A DNA stretch of 27,850 bases, taken from contig JAGOOL010000001.1 in the NCBI GenBank assembly GCA_017992485.1, positions 1 to 27,850 on the forward strand, in the 5' to 3' direction. The DNA is from Minisyncoccota bacterium (GTDB taxonomy: Bacteria; Patescibacteriota; Minisyncoccia; Phycocordibacterales; UBA9973). The position numbers and the translations under genes were made by a program. Positions 18,096-26,492 of this stretch are shown here, piece by piece. Position 1 is the first letter of the stretch; every line of letters begins with the position of its first letter. The notes below the pieces were generated by a model, which made no database searches, had not been told where the DNA came from, and saw only the letters and a list, made by a program, of their open reading frames with translations.

Positions 18096-18479
18096 ATGGC
18101 AGAAAAAACGAATAGAAAAAAATCCGAGGGAGGCGATATCCCTCCGTTGCGGTTTATCGACGTCTCAACAAAGTTTAAAGATGGAGAAAATATTTGTACA
18201 CTTAATGATTTGTTCAATAAGTTTGGACGTAATAAGAAAGTGAAACCGGTGCAGAGTAAAAAAGTCCTTACTACTCTTTTTCAGAATCAAAACAGTATTC
18301 CTTCTTTTATTACAAAGAAGCCAAACTCGACACTTATACTATTGTCGTCGAGTAAACCGAATTCACCGTCGGTTACTGTTCATGCACTTGTTCATCTAAA
18401 AGGTGAATGGAAAAAGGCGAAAGTTTCCAACGCCCCGTGTTATGTCGAAGGAGATTATGTAATCTGCTCGGAAAGGTAG
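18096..18479 (+). CDS. Hypothetical basic protein (127 aa)
   Basis: AT-rich ORF bounded by terminators on both sides; no recognisable motif. Confidence 0.65.
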   Translation: MAEKTNRKKSEGGDIPPLRFIDVSTKFKDGENICTLNDLFNKFGRNKKVKPVQSKKVLTTLFQNQNSIPSFITKKPNSTLILLSSSKPNSPSVTVHALVHLKGEWKKAKVSNAPCYVEGDYVICSER

Positions 18480-18502
18480 ATTTGATTAGAAAGCTCAGAA
18501 TA

Positions 18503-18531
18503 GAGTACCCGCGCACGCGGGTATTTTTATT
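18503..18531 (+). terminator. Intrinsic terminator
   Basis: GAGTACCCGC-GCAC-GCGGGTATTT-TTATT. Confidence 0.8.
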
Positions 18532-18589
18532 TGGCATCGTCGCAAATTGCCTCACAATATAATCTGTCAAAATGCTATAATCACTCCAT

Positions 18590-20989
18590 ATGCCAGCCAA
18601 GAAAGCCGCAGCAAAGAAAGAGGGTGCCGAGCTAAAAACTACTAAAACTGCCAAGAAAAAGCGCCTCATTCTCCTCGATACTCATGCGATTTTGCATCGC
18701 GCATATCACGCTATGCCTGATTTTTCTACAGCAGCAGGTGTGCCGACTGGCGCCCTCTATGGTCTTTCGACTATGCTTTTCAAGATTGTCGACGACCTCA
18801 AGCCGGACTATATTGTCGCGGCGTATGACTTGCCGAAGAAAACCTTTCGCCATGAAGTCTACGAAGGCTACAAGGCGGGGCGCAAAACAATTGATGACGC
18901 CCTCAGTACACAGCTCGGCGCTTCCAAAAAATTACTCGAAGATTTTGGCATCCCTGTTTATTCATGCCCCGGTTTTGAGGCCGACGACATGCTTGGCACT
19001 ATTGTTGAACAGCTGAAAGACGACAAAGATATAGAGATATACATTGCAACAGGCGATATGGATACGCTGCAGCTTGTCGACAAAAAGCGCGTGAAGGTCT
19101 TTACCCTTCGAAAGGGAATCACCGATACTATTGTGTACGATGAAGCTGCAGTTAATGAACGCTACGGTTTTGGTCCGGAGCATATTGTCGACTACAAAGG
19201 TTTGCGCGGAGACCCATCCGACAACATCATCGGCGTTCCTGGTGTTGGAGAGAAAACTGCAACCATTTTGATTACGCAGTTCGGTACGATCGAGAACATG
19301 TACAAAGTCCTCAAAAAAAATCCAGAGAAAGTAAAAGCTGCTGGCGTAACTGATCGACTCATGGTCATTTTGCTTGAAAACGAAGAAGAAGCGCTTTTCT
19401 CAAAAACACTTGCGACAATTTCGCGCAATGCTCCAGTTGAATTTATTTTGCCAGAAAAAACATGGCAACTTGGCGTTGATCCGACCCATTTGGAAAAAAC
19501 ATTTACAGAGCTTGAGTTCAAAAGTCTTGTTCCGCGAGTGAAAAAAATGTTCGGTACAAACGATACGACAGGCGAGCGTGTTGAAAGTACAACAGACAAA
19601 GAAGAAATCGAAAAAACTGCGATTGCGCTTTGGTTGATAAATTCCGACATCAGTTACGCAGGGGAGTCTGAAATTTTGTCGTACGCCAAGACTGATAATT
19701 TTGAAAAAGCCAAAGAGAAAATTATGGCTGACCTTGTGACCGAGAAACTCGACAAAGTGTACAGCGAAATTGAATTGCCGATTTACCCGATTGTTCGCAA
19801 GATGGAAACATTTGGTGTTGGTATTGATCAAAAAGTCTTTGCTGATATGTCGAAGAAGTATCATGAGAAAATTGATGCAATCGAAAAAGAAGCGTGGAAA
19901 CTCGCCGGCGAAGAATTTAACCTTGCTTCTCCAAAGCAGCTTGCTGAAATTTTGTTTACCAAACTTGGTCTCAAGCGAAAGACTCGCACGAGTAAAGTTT
20001 CGACAAAAGCCGAAGTCCTCGCTGAGCTTGAAGATGCGCATCCGATCATTCCGCTCATCATGGAGCATCGTGAATATTCAAAGCTTGTCGGTACATATAT
20101 AGATACGATTCCGACAATGGTTGGCGCCGACGGCCGTTTGCATACGCAATTTATTCAACACGGTACAACAACAGGTCGCTTCGCTTCGCTCAATCCAAAC
20201 TTGCAGAACATCCCGATCCGCACAGATGCCGGCCGCGAAATCCGCAAAGGTATGATCGCCGGTCCTGGTCGCTGTCTCATTTCGCTCGACTATTCGCAGA
20301 TTGAGCTTCGTATCATGGCGATATTATCTAAGGATAAAGAATTAATAAAGATTTTTAATGATGGCATCGACGTTCATACGGGCGTCGCTTCACGCGTCTT
20401 CGGCGTATCTCCTGAAGAAGTTACTAAGCAAATGCGCAGCCGCGCCAAGACGATTAACTTCGGCATCATTTATGGCATGGGTATTTCTGCGCTCCAGAAA
20501 AATCTCGGCAGCACACGTGATGAAGCACAGCAATTCCACGATGCATATTTCGAAAACTTTACTGGAGTCGGGAAGTTTATCGAAGACACAAAAGCGTACG
20601 CCAACAAACATTTTTATACTGAAACGCTCTTTGGTCGCAAGCGTCGTTTTCCAGCGCTTCGTTCAGCAATGCCATTTCTCCGTTCGATGGCTGAGCGCAT
20701 GGCTTCGAATGCTCCGCTCCAGGGAACACAGGCTGATATCATTAAGCTCGCTATTCGTTTTGCCGATGAAGACCTCAAGGCCGCAGGCATCAGTGACAAA
20801 GTAAATCTTATTCTCCAGATCCACGACGAACTCGTGTATGAAGTCGATAATGATCTCGCTGACCAATCTGAAAAAATAATTCGCGCTGCTATGGAAAATG
20901 TTTTTCCTCGCTCGTATATAGAGTACAAACCGGAAGTGCCGATTTTGGTATCGAGCGGAAAAGGGGAGACTCTCTACGACTTAAAGTAG
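18590..20989 (+). CDS. polA: DNA polymerase I (5' nuclease plus polymerase; 3'-5' exonuclease domain largely missing)
   Basis: LLDTHAILHRAYHA, FEADD, ATGDMD, LRGDPSDNI.GVPGVGEKTA; motif A SLDYSQIELR, motif B RSRAKTINFGIIYG, motif C LQIHDEL. Confidence 0.97.
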   Translation: MPAKKAAAKKEGAELKTTKTAKKKRLILLDTHAILHRAYHAMPDFSTAAGVPTGALYGLSTMLFKIVDDLKPDYIVAAYDLPKKTFRHEVYEGYKAGRKTIDDALSTQLGASKKLLEDFGIPVYSCPGFEADDMLGTIVEQLKDDKDIEIYIATGDMDTLQLVDKKRVKVFTLRKGITDTIVYDEAAVNERYGFGPEHIVDYKGLRGDPSDNIIGVPGVGEKTATILITQFGTIENMYKVLKKNPEKVKAAGVTDRLMVILLENEEEALFSKTLATISRNAPVEFILPEKTWQLGVDPTHLEKTFTELEFKSLVPRVKKMFGTNDTTGERVESTTDKEEIEKTAIALWLINSDISYAGESEILSYAKTDNFEKAKEKIMADLVTEKLDKVYSEIELPIYPIVRKMETFGVGIDQKVFADMSKKYHEKIDAIEKEAWKLAGEEFNLASPKQLAEILFTKLGLKRKTRTSKVSTKAEVLAELEDAHPIIPLIMEHREYSKLVGTYIDTIPTMVGADGRLHTQFIQHGTTTGRFASLNPNLQNIPIRTDAGREIRKGMIAGPGRCLISLDYSQIELRIMAILSKDKELIKIFNDGIDVHTGVASRVFGVSPEEVTKQMRSRAKTINFGIIYGMGISALQKNLGSTRDEAQQFHDAYFENFTGVGKFIEDTKAYANKHFYTETLFGRKRRFPALRSAMPFLRSMAERMASNAPLQGTQADIIKLAIRFADEDLKAAGISDKVNLILQIHDELVYEVDNDLADQSEKIIRAAMENVFPRSYIEYKPEVPILVSSGKGETLYDLK

Positions 20990-21118
20990 TCAGGAATATA
21001 TTCACTAAAAGGTACGGAAATTTTCTACTGAAAATTTCCTCCTTCTCGCGCCAGTCGCGCTCAAAAGACCTTTTAGTGAATATATTCCTTCCTGGAGTAT
21101 TTCTGATACACTAACCAT

Positions 21119-21625
21119 ATGGATACTCATAACAATCACCATAACCCTAGCGACGACAAGCAGCTCAGTCGGGAGCAACATATCAACTACCTCGGCAGCT
21201 TTCCTCCAATGGTGCAATTTGGTGGCCTCATTCTCGGCGTCTTTATGGAGTTCATTTTGCCGACAAAACTTTTCCCTCCGACAACAGCAAAAATAATCGG
21301 TACAGTACTTGTCGTTCTCGCCACAATTATTATTCTCTGGTCACAAAAAGCATCTGCCGAATTTCGTGCGCGTGAGAAAAAAGGTGAGGCTCGTAATTTC
21401 CGACAAGGCCCGTATCGTTGGAGCGACAACCCGACATCTTTTTCACTCGCTATGCTCATCATCGGTTTTGGTTTTATTGTAAACTCGCTCATGATCGTCG
21501 CACTGTCTGCGATCGCATACTGGATCTCATACATTGTCTACGAAGAAAAGAAACAAAAAATAATGATGGAGACATACAAGGAAGAATATATCGACTACAA
21601 GAAAAAAATTAATTCACTTTTCTAA
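21119..21625 (+). CDS. ICMT/PEMT-family integral membrane methyltransferase-like protein
   Basis: Several TM segments; QGPYRWSDNP resembles GPYxxxR[HN]PxY; C-terminal YEEKK...ETYKEEYIDYKKK resembles EE...L...FG..Y..Y. Confidence 0.7.
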   Translation: MDTHNNHHNPSDDKQLSREQHINYLGSFPPMVQFGGLILGVFMEFILPTKLFPPTTAKIIGTVLVVLATIIILWSQKASAEFRAREKKGEARNFRQGPYRWSDNPTSFSLAMLIIGFGFIVNSLMIVALSAIAYWISYIVYEEKKQKIMMETYKEEYIDYKKKINSLF

Positions 21626-21626
21626 T

Positions 21627-22343
21627 ATGCTTTCAGTTTTCTTTGGCGCAAATCCGGAACGCGCGCAATCTGCAAAAAAAATAATCGATACAGAGGTCGG
21701 GAAGGGGAAACAGCTCGTTTCTTTTTCTGATGCATCGTGGCAGAAAGAAACAGTGCTTTCATATGTGTCAGGTGCGGATATGTTTGGTGCAACGTACGTT
21801 GTTCATCTTTCAAATATTAGTGAGAGTGTCGGCGGTCCGGAATTTTTTACTGAAGAAGCGGAACGACTTTCAAAATCCGAAACAATGTATGTCGTTGAAG
21901 AAAATGAATTGTCTAATGTATTGAAAAAATTTTTTGAAGACGCCGGCGCAAAAATCTCAGAAACGAAAACAGCGAAGCCAAACTTTTTCGGGGGACTGAC
22001 ACCGTTCCAGTTAGTTGATGCGTACAACATGCGCGATAAAAAAAATGCGTGGGTCTTGTACGGTAAATTAATTGCAGCCGGAAACTCGGCGGAAGAAATC
22101 GCCGGCGCAATGATTTGGAATTTCAAAAACCTCGCACTCTACTTTTCTGTACCACAACCAACAGCCGAAGTACTTGATATGAAACCATTCGTCTTTTCAA
22201 AAGTTGCCGCCGCGGCAAAACATTTCTCAAAAGAAGAAGTCGCGCAAAAATCATATAAACTTTCATCTGCACTCCACAACTCACATCGCGGACTTGGTGA
22301 TGGCGCAACACTTATCGAACTTTTTATTTTGAAGTCGCTGTAG
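21627..22343 (+). CDS. holA: DNA polymerase III delta subunit (HolA-like, shortened)
   Basis: C-terminal domain pattern FQLVDA...KKNAWVLYGKLIAAG...EEI...PFVFSK...HFSKEE...LIELFIL; N-terminal DMFG motif region. Confidence 0.75.
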   Translation: MLSVFFGANPERAQSAKKIIDTEVGKGKQLVSFSDASWQKETVLSYVSGADMFGATYVVHLSNISESVGGPEFFTEEAERLSKSETMYVVEENELSNVLKKFFEDAGAKISETKTAKPNFFGGLTPFQLVDAYNMRDKKNAWVLYGKLIAAGNSAEEIAGAMIWNFKNLALYFSVPQPTAEVLDMKPFVFSKVAAAAKHFSKEEVAQKSYKLSSALHNSHRGLGDGATLIELFILKSL

Positions 22344-22711
22344 TTCGAAACAATTTTCTTCCTAGTTGTTTTTATCAAACCCTCCTAAATAAAAAATACC
22401 CATTTTAAAAATGGGCAAAAAATTAACCTCTTCAAATAGAGGTTATTGAAGAGGTTATATGGGTAGTGATAGGGAGTATCACTTTATTTAGTTTTAGTGA
22501 AAGAACTGGGTCTGTGGTGTACATGACAATGGAAAAGCATGTACTGAGGGAACAAAAGAACTAATGTAGATCTTGGGTGGCTTTCATTTTTTATAAGCCC
22601 ATAAGTTGGGTAAACATCTGAAAGCGAACGATCTTTGCTTATAAGTATATAGCCTTTATCTTGTCCGCAAAGGATAAATCTGTGGATACTGATGACGTGT
22701 CTCTAAATCCA

Positions 22712-22740
22712 TTGCAAAATAAGACTCTTTCGTCTACTAT
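22712..22740 (+). promoter_or_regulatory. Sigma70 promoter for the ZIP gene, near-leaderless
   Basis: TTGCAA (22712-22717), 17 nt, TACTAT (22735-22740), then 8 nt to ATG. Confidence 0.65.
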
Positions 22741-22748
22741 ACGCCTAT

Positions 22749-23498
22749 ATGACAATCGCTATTATTGCTGTTCTCGTCTTTACCGCAACACTTCTCGGCG
22801 GTTTCTTCGCGCTCAAATTTAAAGACAAGCTCCATCTCATTGTTGGCTTTTCGGCTGGCGCTGTTCTCGGCATTGCGTTCATTGACTTGCTTCCGGAGGC
22901 GGCTGAGCTTGTCGGTTCGTCAGAGCTCTCGCTCCAGATCGCGCTCGCGGCTGTGCTCGGCTACATGATTATAGATCGTGTGTTCTTCAATCACTCACAC
23001 AGTCATCATCATGAACATGAAAATGAAGTTCACGAACACAAGGGTCGGGGGATTGTACGCGCAACAAGTTTGGTGCTCCACAGTTTTCTTGATGGTCTTG
23101 CTATTGGTTTCTCATTTCAAGTTTCAATAGCGACCGGTGCTGTTGTTGCGATTGCAGTTCTTGCGCATGATTTTTCTGATGGTATCAATACTGTCGCCGC
23201 GATTTTGAAAGGTGGCGACAATGGTGTCAACGGCGAGAAAAAAAATATGGGTGCGAAGAAGTGGCTTGTTATCGATGCAGTCGCACCGGTTGTTGGTATC
23301 ATCGTCGGCTCGATCTTCGTCGTCAATGCATTTTCACTCGGTGTCATTATTTCTATCTTCGCCGGTTTCTTTGTGTATATCGCGCTCGCCGATATGATCC
23401 CGGAAAGTTTTCATTCGCATCCAAAAAAATGGACGACAATCATGACGGTGCTCGGTGTCGCGTTCATCGCACTCGTTATGCATTTTGCGCATTTCTAA
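22749..23498 (+). CDS. ZIP (ZupT/GufA) family divalent metal transporter
   Basis: GFSAGAVLGIAFIDLLPEA, His-rich loop HSHSHHHEHENEVHEH, LVLHSFLDGLAIG, AVLAHDFSDG, ADMIPE. Confidence 0.93.
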   Translation: MTIAIIAVLVFTATLLGGFFALKFKDKLHLIVGFSAGAVLGIAFIDLLPEAAELVGSSELSLQIALAAVLGYMIIDRVFFNHSHSHHHEHENEVHEHKGRGIVRATSLVLHSFLDGLAIGFSFQVSIATGAVVAIAVLAHDFSDGINTVAAILKGGDNGVNGEKKNMGAKKWLVIDAVAPVVGIIVGSIFVVNAFSLGVIISIFAGFFVYIALADMIPESFHSHPKKWTTIMTVLGVAFIALVMHFAHF

Positions 23499-23614
23499 TT
23501 TTTATTTTTTGTGTATCTTTCAATACTATTTTGTGAGCAAGTTGGCCAAGTCGTCGATTTGATTTTTCTCGCTCCACGTGGTATTTTCAGATAGCGTTTT
23601 GTGACGCACAATAT

Positions 23615-23687
23615 CCGCCCGTAGCTCAGTCGGTAGAGCAGCTCCCTTTTAAGGAGAGGGTCGCAGGTTCGATTCCTGCCGGGCGGA
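23615..23687 (+). tRNA. tRNA-Lys(UUU)
   Basis: Cloverleaf: CCGCCCG/CGGGCGG acceptor stem, GCTC-AGTCGGTA-GAGC D arm, anticodon loop CT-TTT-AA, GCAGG-TTCGATT-CCTGC T arm, discriminator A. It is followed by CCT, so CCA is not fully encoded. Confidence 0.96.
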
Positions 23688-23723
23688 CCTGAAGAGTTGT
23701 AAATTAAGTAGTACTATTACTTC

Positions 23724-23993
23724 ATGCAAACAAAAAGAAAACTCAAGGCCTCGATACTTGTCATTGTGGGACTTATATTAATTATTTTTAGACAAGAAGT
23801 TTTTACTGCAGTCGGTAGTTCAGCATCTCCTTTTATTGATAAACATATTACAAATGACTCACTGGCTTTTTTGGCATATCTCCTTACGATGTTCTCTTTT
23901 CCTTTAATAATGTTGGTTGCGGTGATAATGGTTATTTCGGGGGCCTATTTACTGTTTACTCGCGCTGAGCAAAAAACAGAAGTATTAAAATAA
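23724..23993 (+). CDS. Small membrane hypothetical protein (2 TM)
   Basis: 89 aa with two hydrophobic segments; TACTAT 6 nt before the ATG. Confidence 0.7.
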   Translation: MQTKRKLKASILVIVGLILIIFRQEVFTAVGSSASPFIDKHITNDSLAFLAYLLTMFSFPLIMLVAVIMVISGAYLLFTRAEQKTEVLK

Positions 23994-24003
23994 AATTATC
24001 TTT

Positions 24004-24651
24004 ATGGACTTAAAAAACTTTTTCCTCACATTCGAGCATTACGACATCGTTGCTATTGCACTGTTTATATTTGTTATGATTGCTTCTGGGTTCACAAAGA
24101 ATACTGGCACTCAATTAAGTAAAGAAATAGATACGGCTAAGTTGTATCCGGACATTCGACATATTTATATAAAATATTTTAGAGTACGCAGTGGTTTCAA
24201 TCTCATGGGTGCCGTTACCGGAAACGAACCGATCTATGTTGTAAATAGTCCTTTCTTTTGGAGCTATAAAATTGCATGGCCACAGCAACTACTAAGACTT
24301 AGCTTTGCTGGCTTAGGTATTATCTTGGGAATAGCAATTTTGGCATTATTTTTTACATTTAAAAATACTTTTAATCCGCAAATAGCGAACATCGTTCTTG
24401 TGTTAGCAGTTCTCACTTCAGTCCTGATATTTTTCTTGCAAAAGAAACTACAAAATAGAATTAGAAAAAACCTTAACGATTTTAATAAAGAAATAGATCT
24501 TTTCCTCCAGTCTCGATCAATAAATAGAAATGATATTGCACTACCGGTTAATTACCAGTACGGAAGTGGTTCGTTAAAGTATTCATTTCTAATAACATTG
24601 TTTATTGGTATTGTCTTACCAGTCATTCTTATTTTGTTTGTTCAAGAATAA
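24004..24651 (+). CDS. Membrane hypothetical protein (about 4 TM)
   Basis: 215 aa, AT-rich, hydrophobic segments at the N-terminus, middle (2) and C-terminus. Confidence 0.75.
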   Translation: MDLKNFFLTFEHYDIVAIALFIFVMIASGFTKNTGTQLSKEIDTAKLYPDIRHIYIKYFRVRSGFNLMGAVTGNEPIYVVNSPFFWSYKIAWPQQLLRLSFAGLGIILGIAILALFFTFKNTFNPQIANIVLVLAVLTSVLIFFLQKKLQNRIRKNLNDFNKEIDLFLQSRSINRNDIALPVNYQYGSGSLKYSFLITLFIGIVLPVILILFVQE

Positions 24652-24663
24652 GTAAATACATCT

Positions 24664-25176
24664 ATGAAAAAAACAGCTCAGAAAAAATCGAGGGAGGTCG
24701 CCATTCTCCTCGAAAATATCCGCAGCTCCGAAAACGTCGGTTCGATTTTTCGTACGTCTGATGCGGCCGGTGTTTCGCACATCTATCTCGCCGGCTATAC
24801 TCCGACGCCGCTTGATCGTTTCAACCGACCGAACACCAAAGTCATTACGCGCTCACTTGGTGCAGAAAAAAATATTCCGTGGACTGCTGTTGCACGAACA
24901 GGTTCACTTATTTCAAAATTAAAAAAAGACGGTTGGACAATTATCTCGATCGAGCAGTCTCCAAAATCTATTGATTATAAAAAAATACGCATCGGCACAA
25001 AGAAAGGGGAGATAGAGAAAGCGCTCATTATTCTCGGTAATGAAGTCGACGGTGTTTCGTCTAAAGTTCTTGCGGTTTCCGACATCATCGCAGAGATTCC
25101 GATGCACGGTGAGAAAGAATCGCTCAATGTTTCAGTTGCGACAGGAATCGCACTGTTTAGAATGCTCGGAATATAA
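24664..25176 (+). CDS. SpoU/TrmH-family SPOUT RNA methyltransferase
   Basis: LENIRSSENVGSIFRTSDAAG, ILGNEVDGVS, EIPMHGEKESLNVSVATGIALF. Confidence 0.93.
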   Translation: MKKTAQKKSREVAILLENIRSSENVGSIFRTSDAAGVSHIYLAGYTPTPLDRFNRPNTKVITRSLGAEKNIPWTAVARTGSLISKLKKDGWTIISIEQSPKSIDYKKIRIGTKKGEIEKALIILGNEVDGVSSKVLAVSDIIAEIPMHGEKESLNVSVATGIALFRMLGI

Positions 25177-25206
25177 ATAGAAAAGGTGCAGAAATCTTTT
25201 GGAAAA

Positions 25207-25368
25207 CTAGCGATCGTATTGCTCAGGTTCCTTGTTGTATGAGCCATCCTTGAGAAATGGTTTTGAGTCCAAGTAACGCTCTGGTCCGCCAGTAAATAGC
25301 CAAATAATATAGAGGGCGACGAGGCCGAGGAAAACATAGAGGAGGTCTTTTTTTGGTTCGAGTGCCAT
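25207..25368 (-). CDS. Small single-pass membrane protein (53 aa)
   Basis: Manual translation: MALEPKKDLLYVFLGLVALYIIWLFTGGPERYLDSKPFLKDGSYNKEPEQYDR. TATACT lies 6 nt before the ATG. Not in the ORF track. Confidence 0.75.
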   Translation of the reverse strand: MALEPKKDLLYVFLGLVALYIIWLFTGGPERYLDSKPFLKDGSYNKEPEQYDR

Positions 25369-25417
25369 GGGAAAAGTATACACCAATTACTAAAATAATT
25401 TTACAGCCCAGCAAATG

Positions 25418-26392
25418 TTACGAATATAATTTCTGATGAACAGGGCAAAAGTGCGCGCTGCGTCCACCAAAGGGAAGTTTCTCAATCGTACCTTTACAGC
25501 CGCGTCTCGGACACGGCTTGCCGGCGCATCGATAGACATTGTGGGCGGACTGGAACTTGCCGCGATTTCCGGTAATGTCTCTGTAGTCACTTGTTGAGTC
25601 ACCACCGAAATCAATACCTTTTTTTAGCACAGTAATCATGCCTTTGTATAAGAGAGATAGAAGATTCTTGGGAATTTTTTCAACAATAGAAAAAGGATGA
25701 ATACCTGCGAGGAAAAGCATTTCATCTGAATAGATATTACCAATACCGGCAATCACTGTTTGGTCGAGCAAAACTATTTTTATTTTGCCACGCGGCTTTT
25801 CCATGAGTCGCTCGACGAATATTTTTTCGGTAAAGCTTTTGTCGAGCGGTTCTGGTCCGAGGTGTTTGAGGTGAATACTCGTTGCTAGGTCGGCTGTATC
25901 GACAAGCGTCATTTTGGCAAACTTGCGAACATCAGAGAGCACGACGTGTTTTCCGTTCGAAAGGGTAAAGACAACGTGAAGAAATCTATTGTATGGATCG
26001 CGAAGCGCATTATTTTTCTCAGTCGGAGATGGTATCCATTCTTTTTTCTTGGTATCGAGTACATATTTCCCAACCATCATATGGCCGGTCATTTTCATAT
26101 GGATCAAAACCGTTTTTTGGTTCTTTGAATAATTTTTTGCTCCAGTTTTTGTGCTGGCAGTTTCGATATGGATCAAAATATTTTTTGCACGACGCGTCAC
26201 CGAAATAACTTTCGCGCCGACAACATGTTTTTTGAATAAAGCAAAAAAGTTTTTATCTTTGTGGGATGTTTTTAGGTGTGGGGAAGTGTGGTTGCCATTT
26301 GCAAGATCGGTCCAGACATCAGTAATACGAAGACCCGGCAAAGTCTTTTGCAGTCCGCTCACGGTTGTGTGTACTTCGGGTAGTTCAGGCAT
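25418..26392 (-). CDS. mutM: Formamidopyrimidine-DNA glycosylase
   Basis: N-terminal PELPEV, RRAKNILI, IHMKMTG, DVRKFA, H2TH motif AGIGNIYSDEMLF, C-terminal zinc finger with GGRSAHFCPVHQ. Confidence 0.96.
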   Translation of the reverse strand: MPELPEVHTTVSGLQKTLPGLRITDVWTDLANGNHTSPHLKTSHKDKNFFALFKKHVVGAKVISVTRRAKNILIHIETASTKTGAKNYSKNQKTVLIHMKMTGHMMVGKYVLDTKKKEWIPSPTEKNNALRDPYNRFLHVVFTLSNGKHVVLSDVRKFAKMTLVDTADLATSIHLKHLGPEPLDKSFTEKIFVERLMEKPRGKIKIVLLDQTVIAGIGNIYSDEMLFLAGIHPFSIVEKIPKNLLSLLYKGMITVLKKGIDFGGDSTSDYRDITGNRGKFQSAHNVYRCAGKPCPRRGCKGTIEKLPFGGRSAHFCPVHQKLYS

Positions 26393-26492
26393 GGTGATTT
26401 AAGAAAACTTTTACTTTACTAAATATTTATTTTAGAAAAAATTACGGACGTGGTTTTGGGCACTATAGTCGCTCGCCAGCGCGCCATTAAAC

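Noticed and set aside
22484-22540. Minus-strand His/Cys peptide MLFHCHVHHRPSSFTKTK near the ZIP gene
   Set aside because: It is only 18 codons, has no promoter or RBS support, and points away from the ZIP gene, so it cannot act as its leader peptide.
22689-22705. CTGATGA resembling a hammerhead or fluoride-riboswitch core
   Set aside because: There is no following stem II/GAAA and no nearby fluoride P1 element. It also lies upstream of the ZIP promoter, so it would not be in that mRNA.
580-26402. Many antisense or alternate-frame ORFs in the track (e.g. 580-1098, 2291-2896, 6712-7215, 9785-10300, 19400-20068)
   Set aside because: They lie wholly within well-supported genes, show no motifs, and are expected shadow ORFs.
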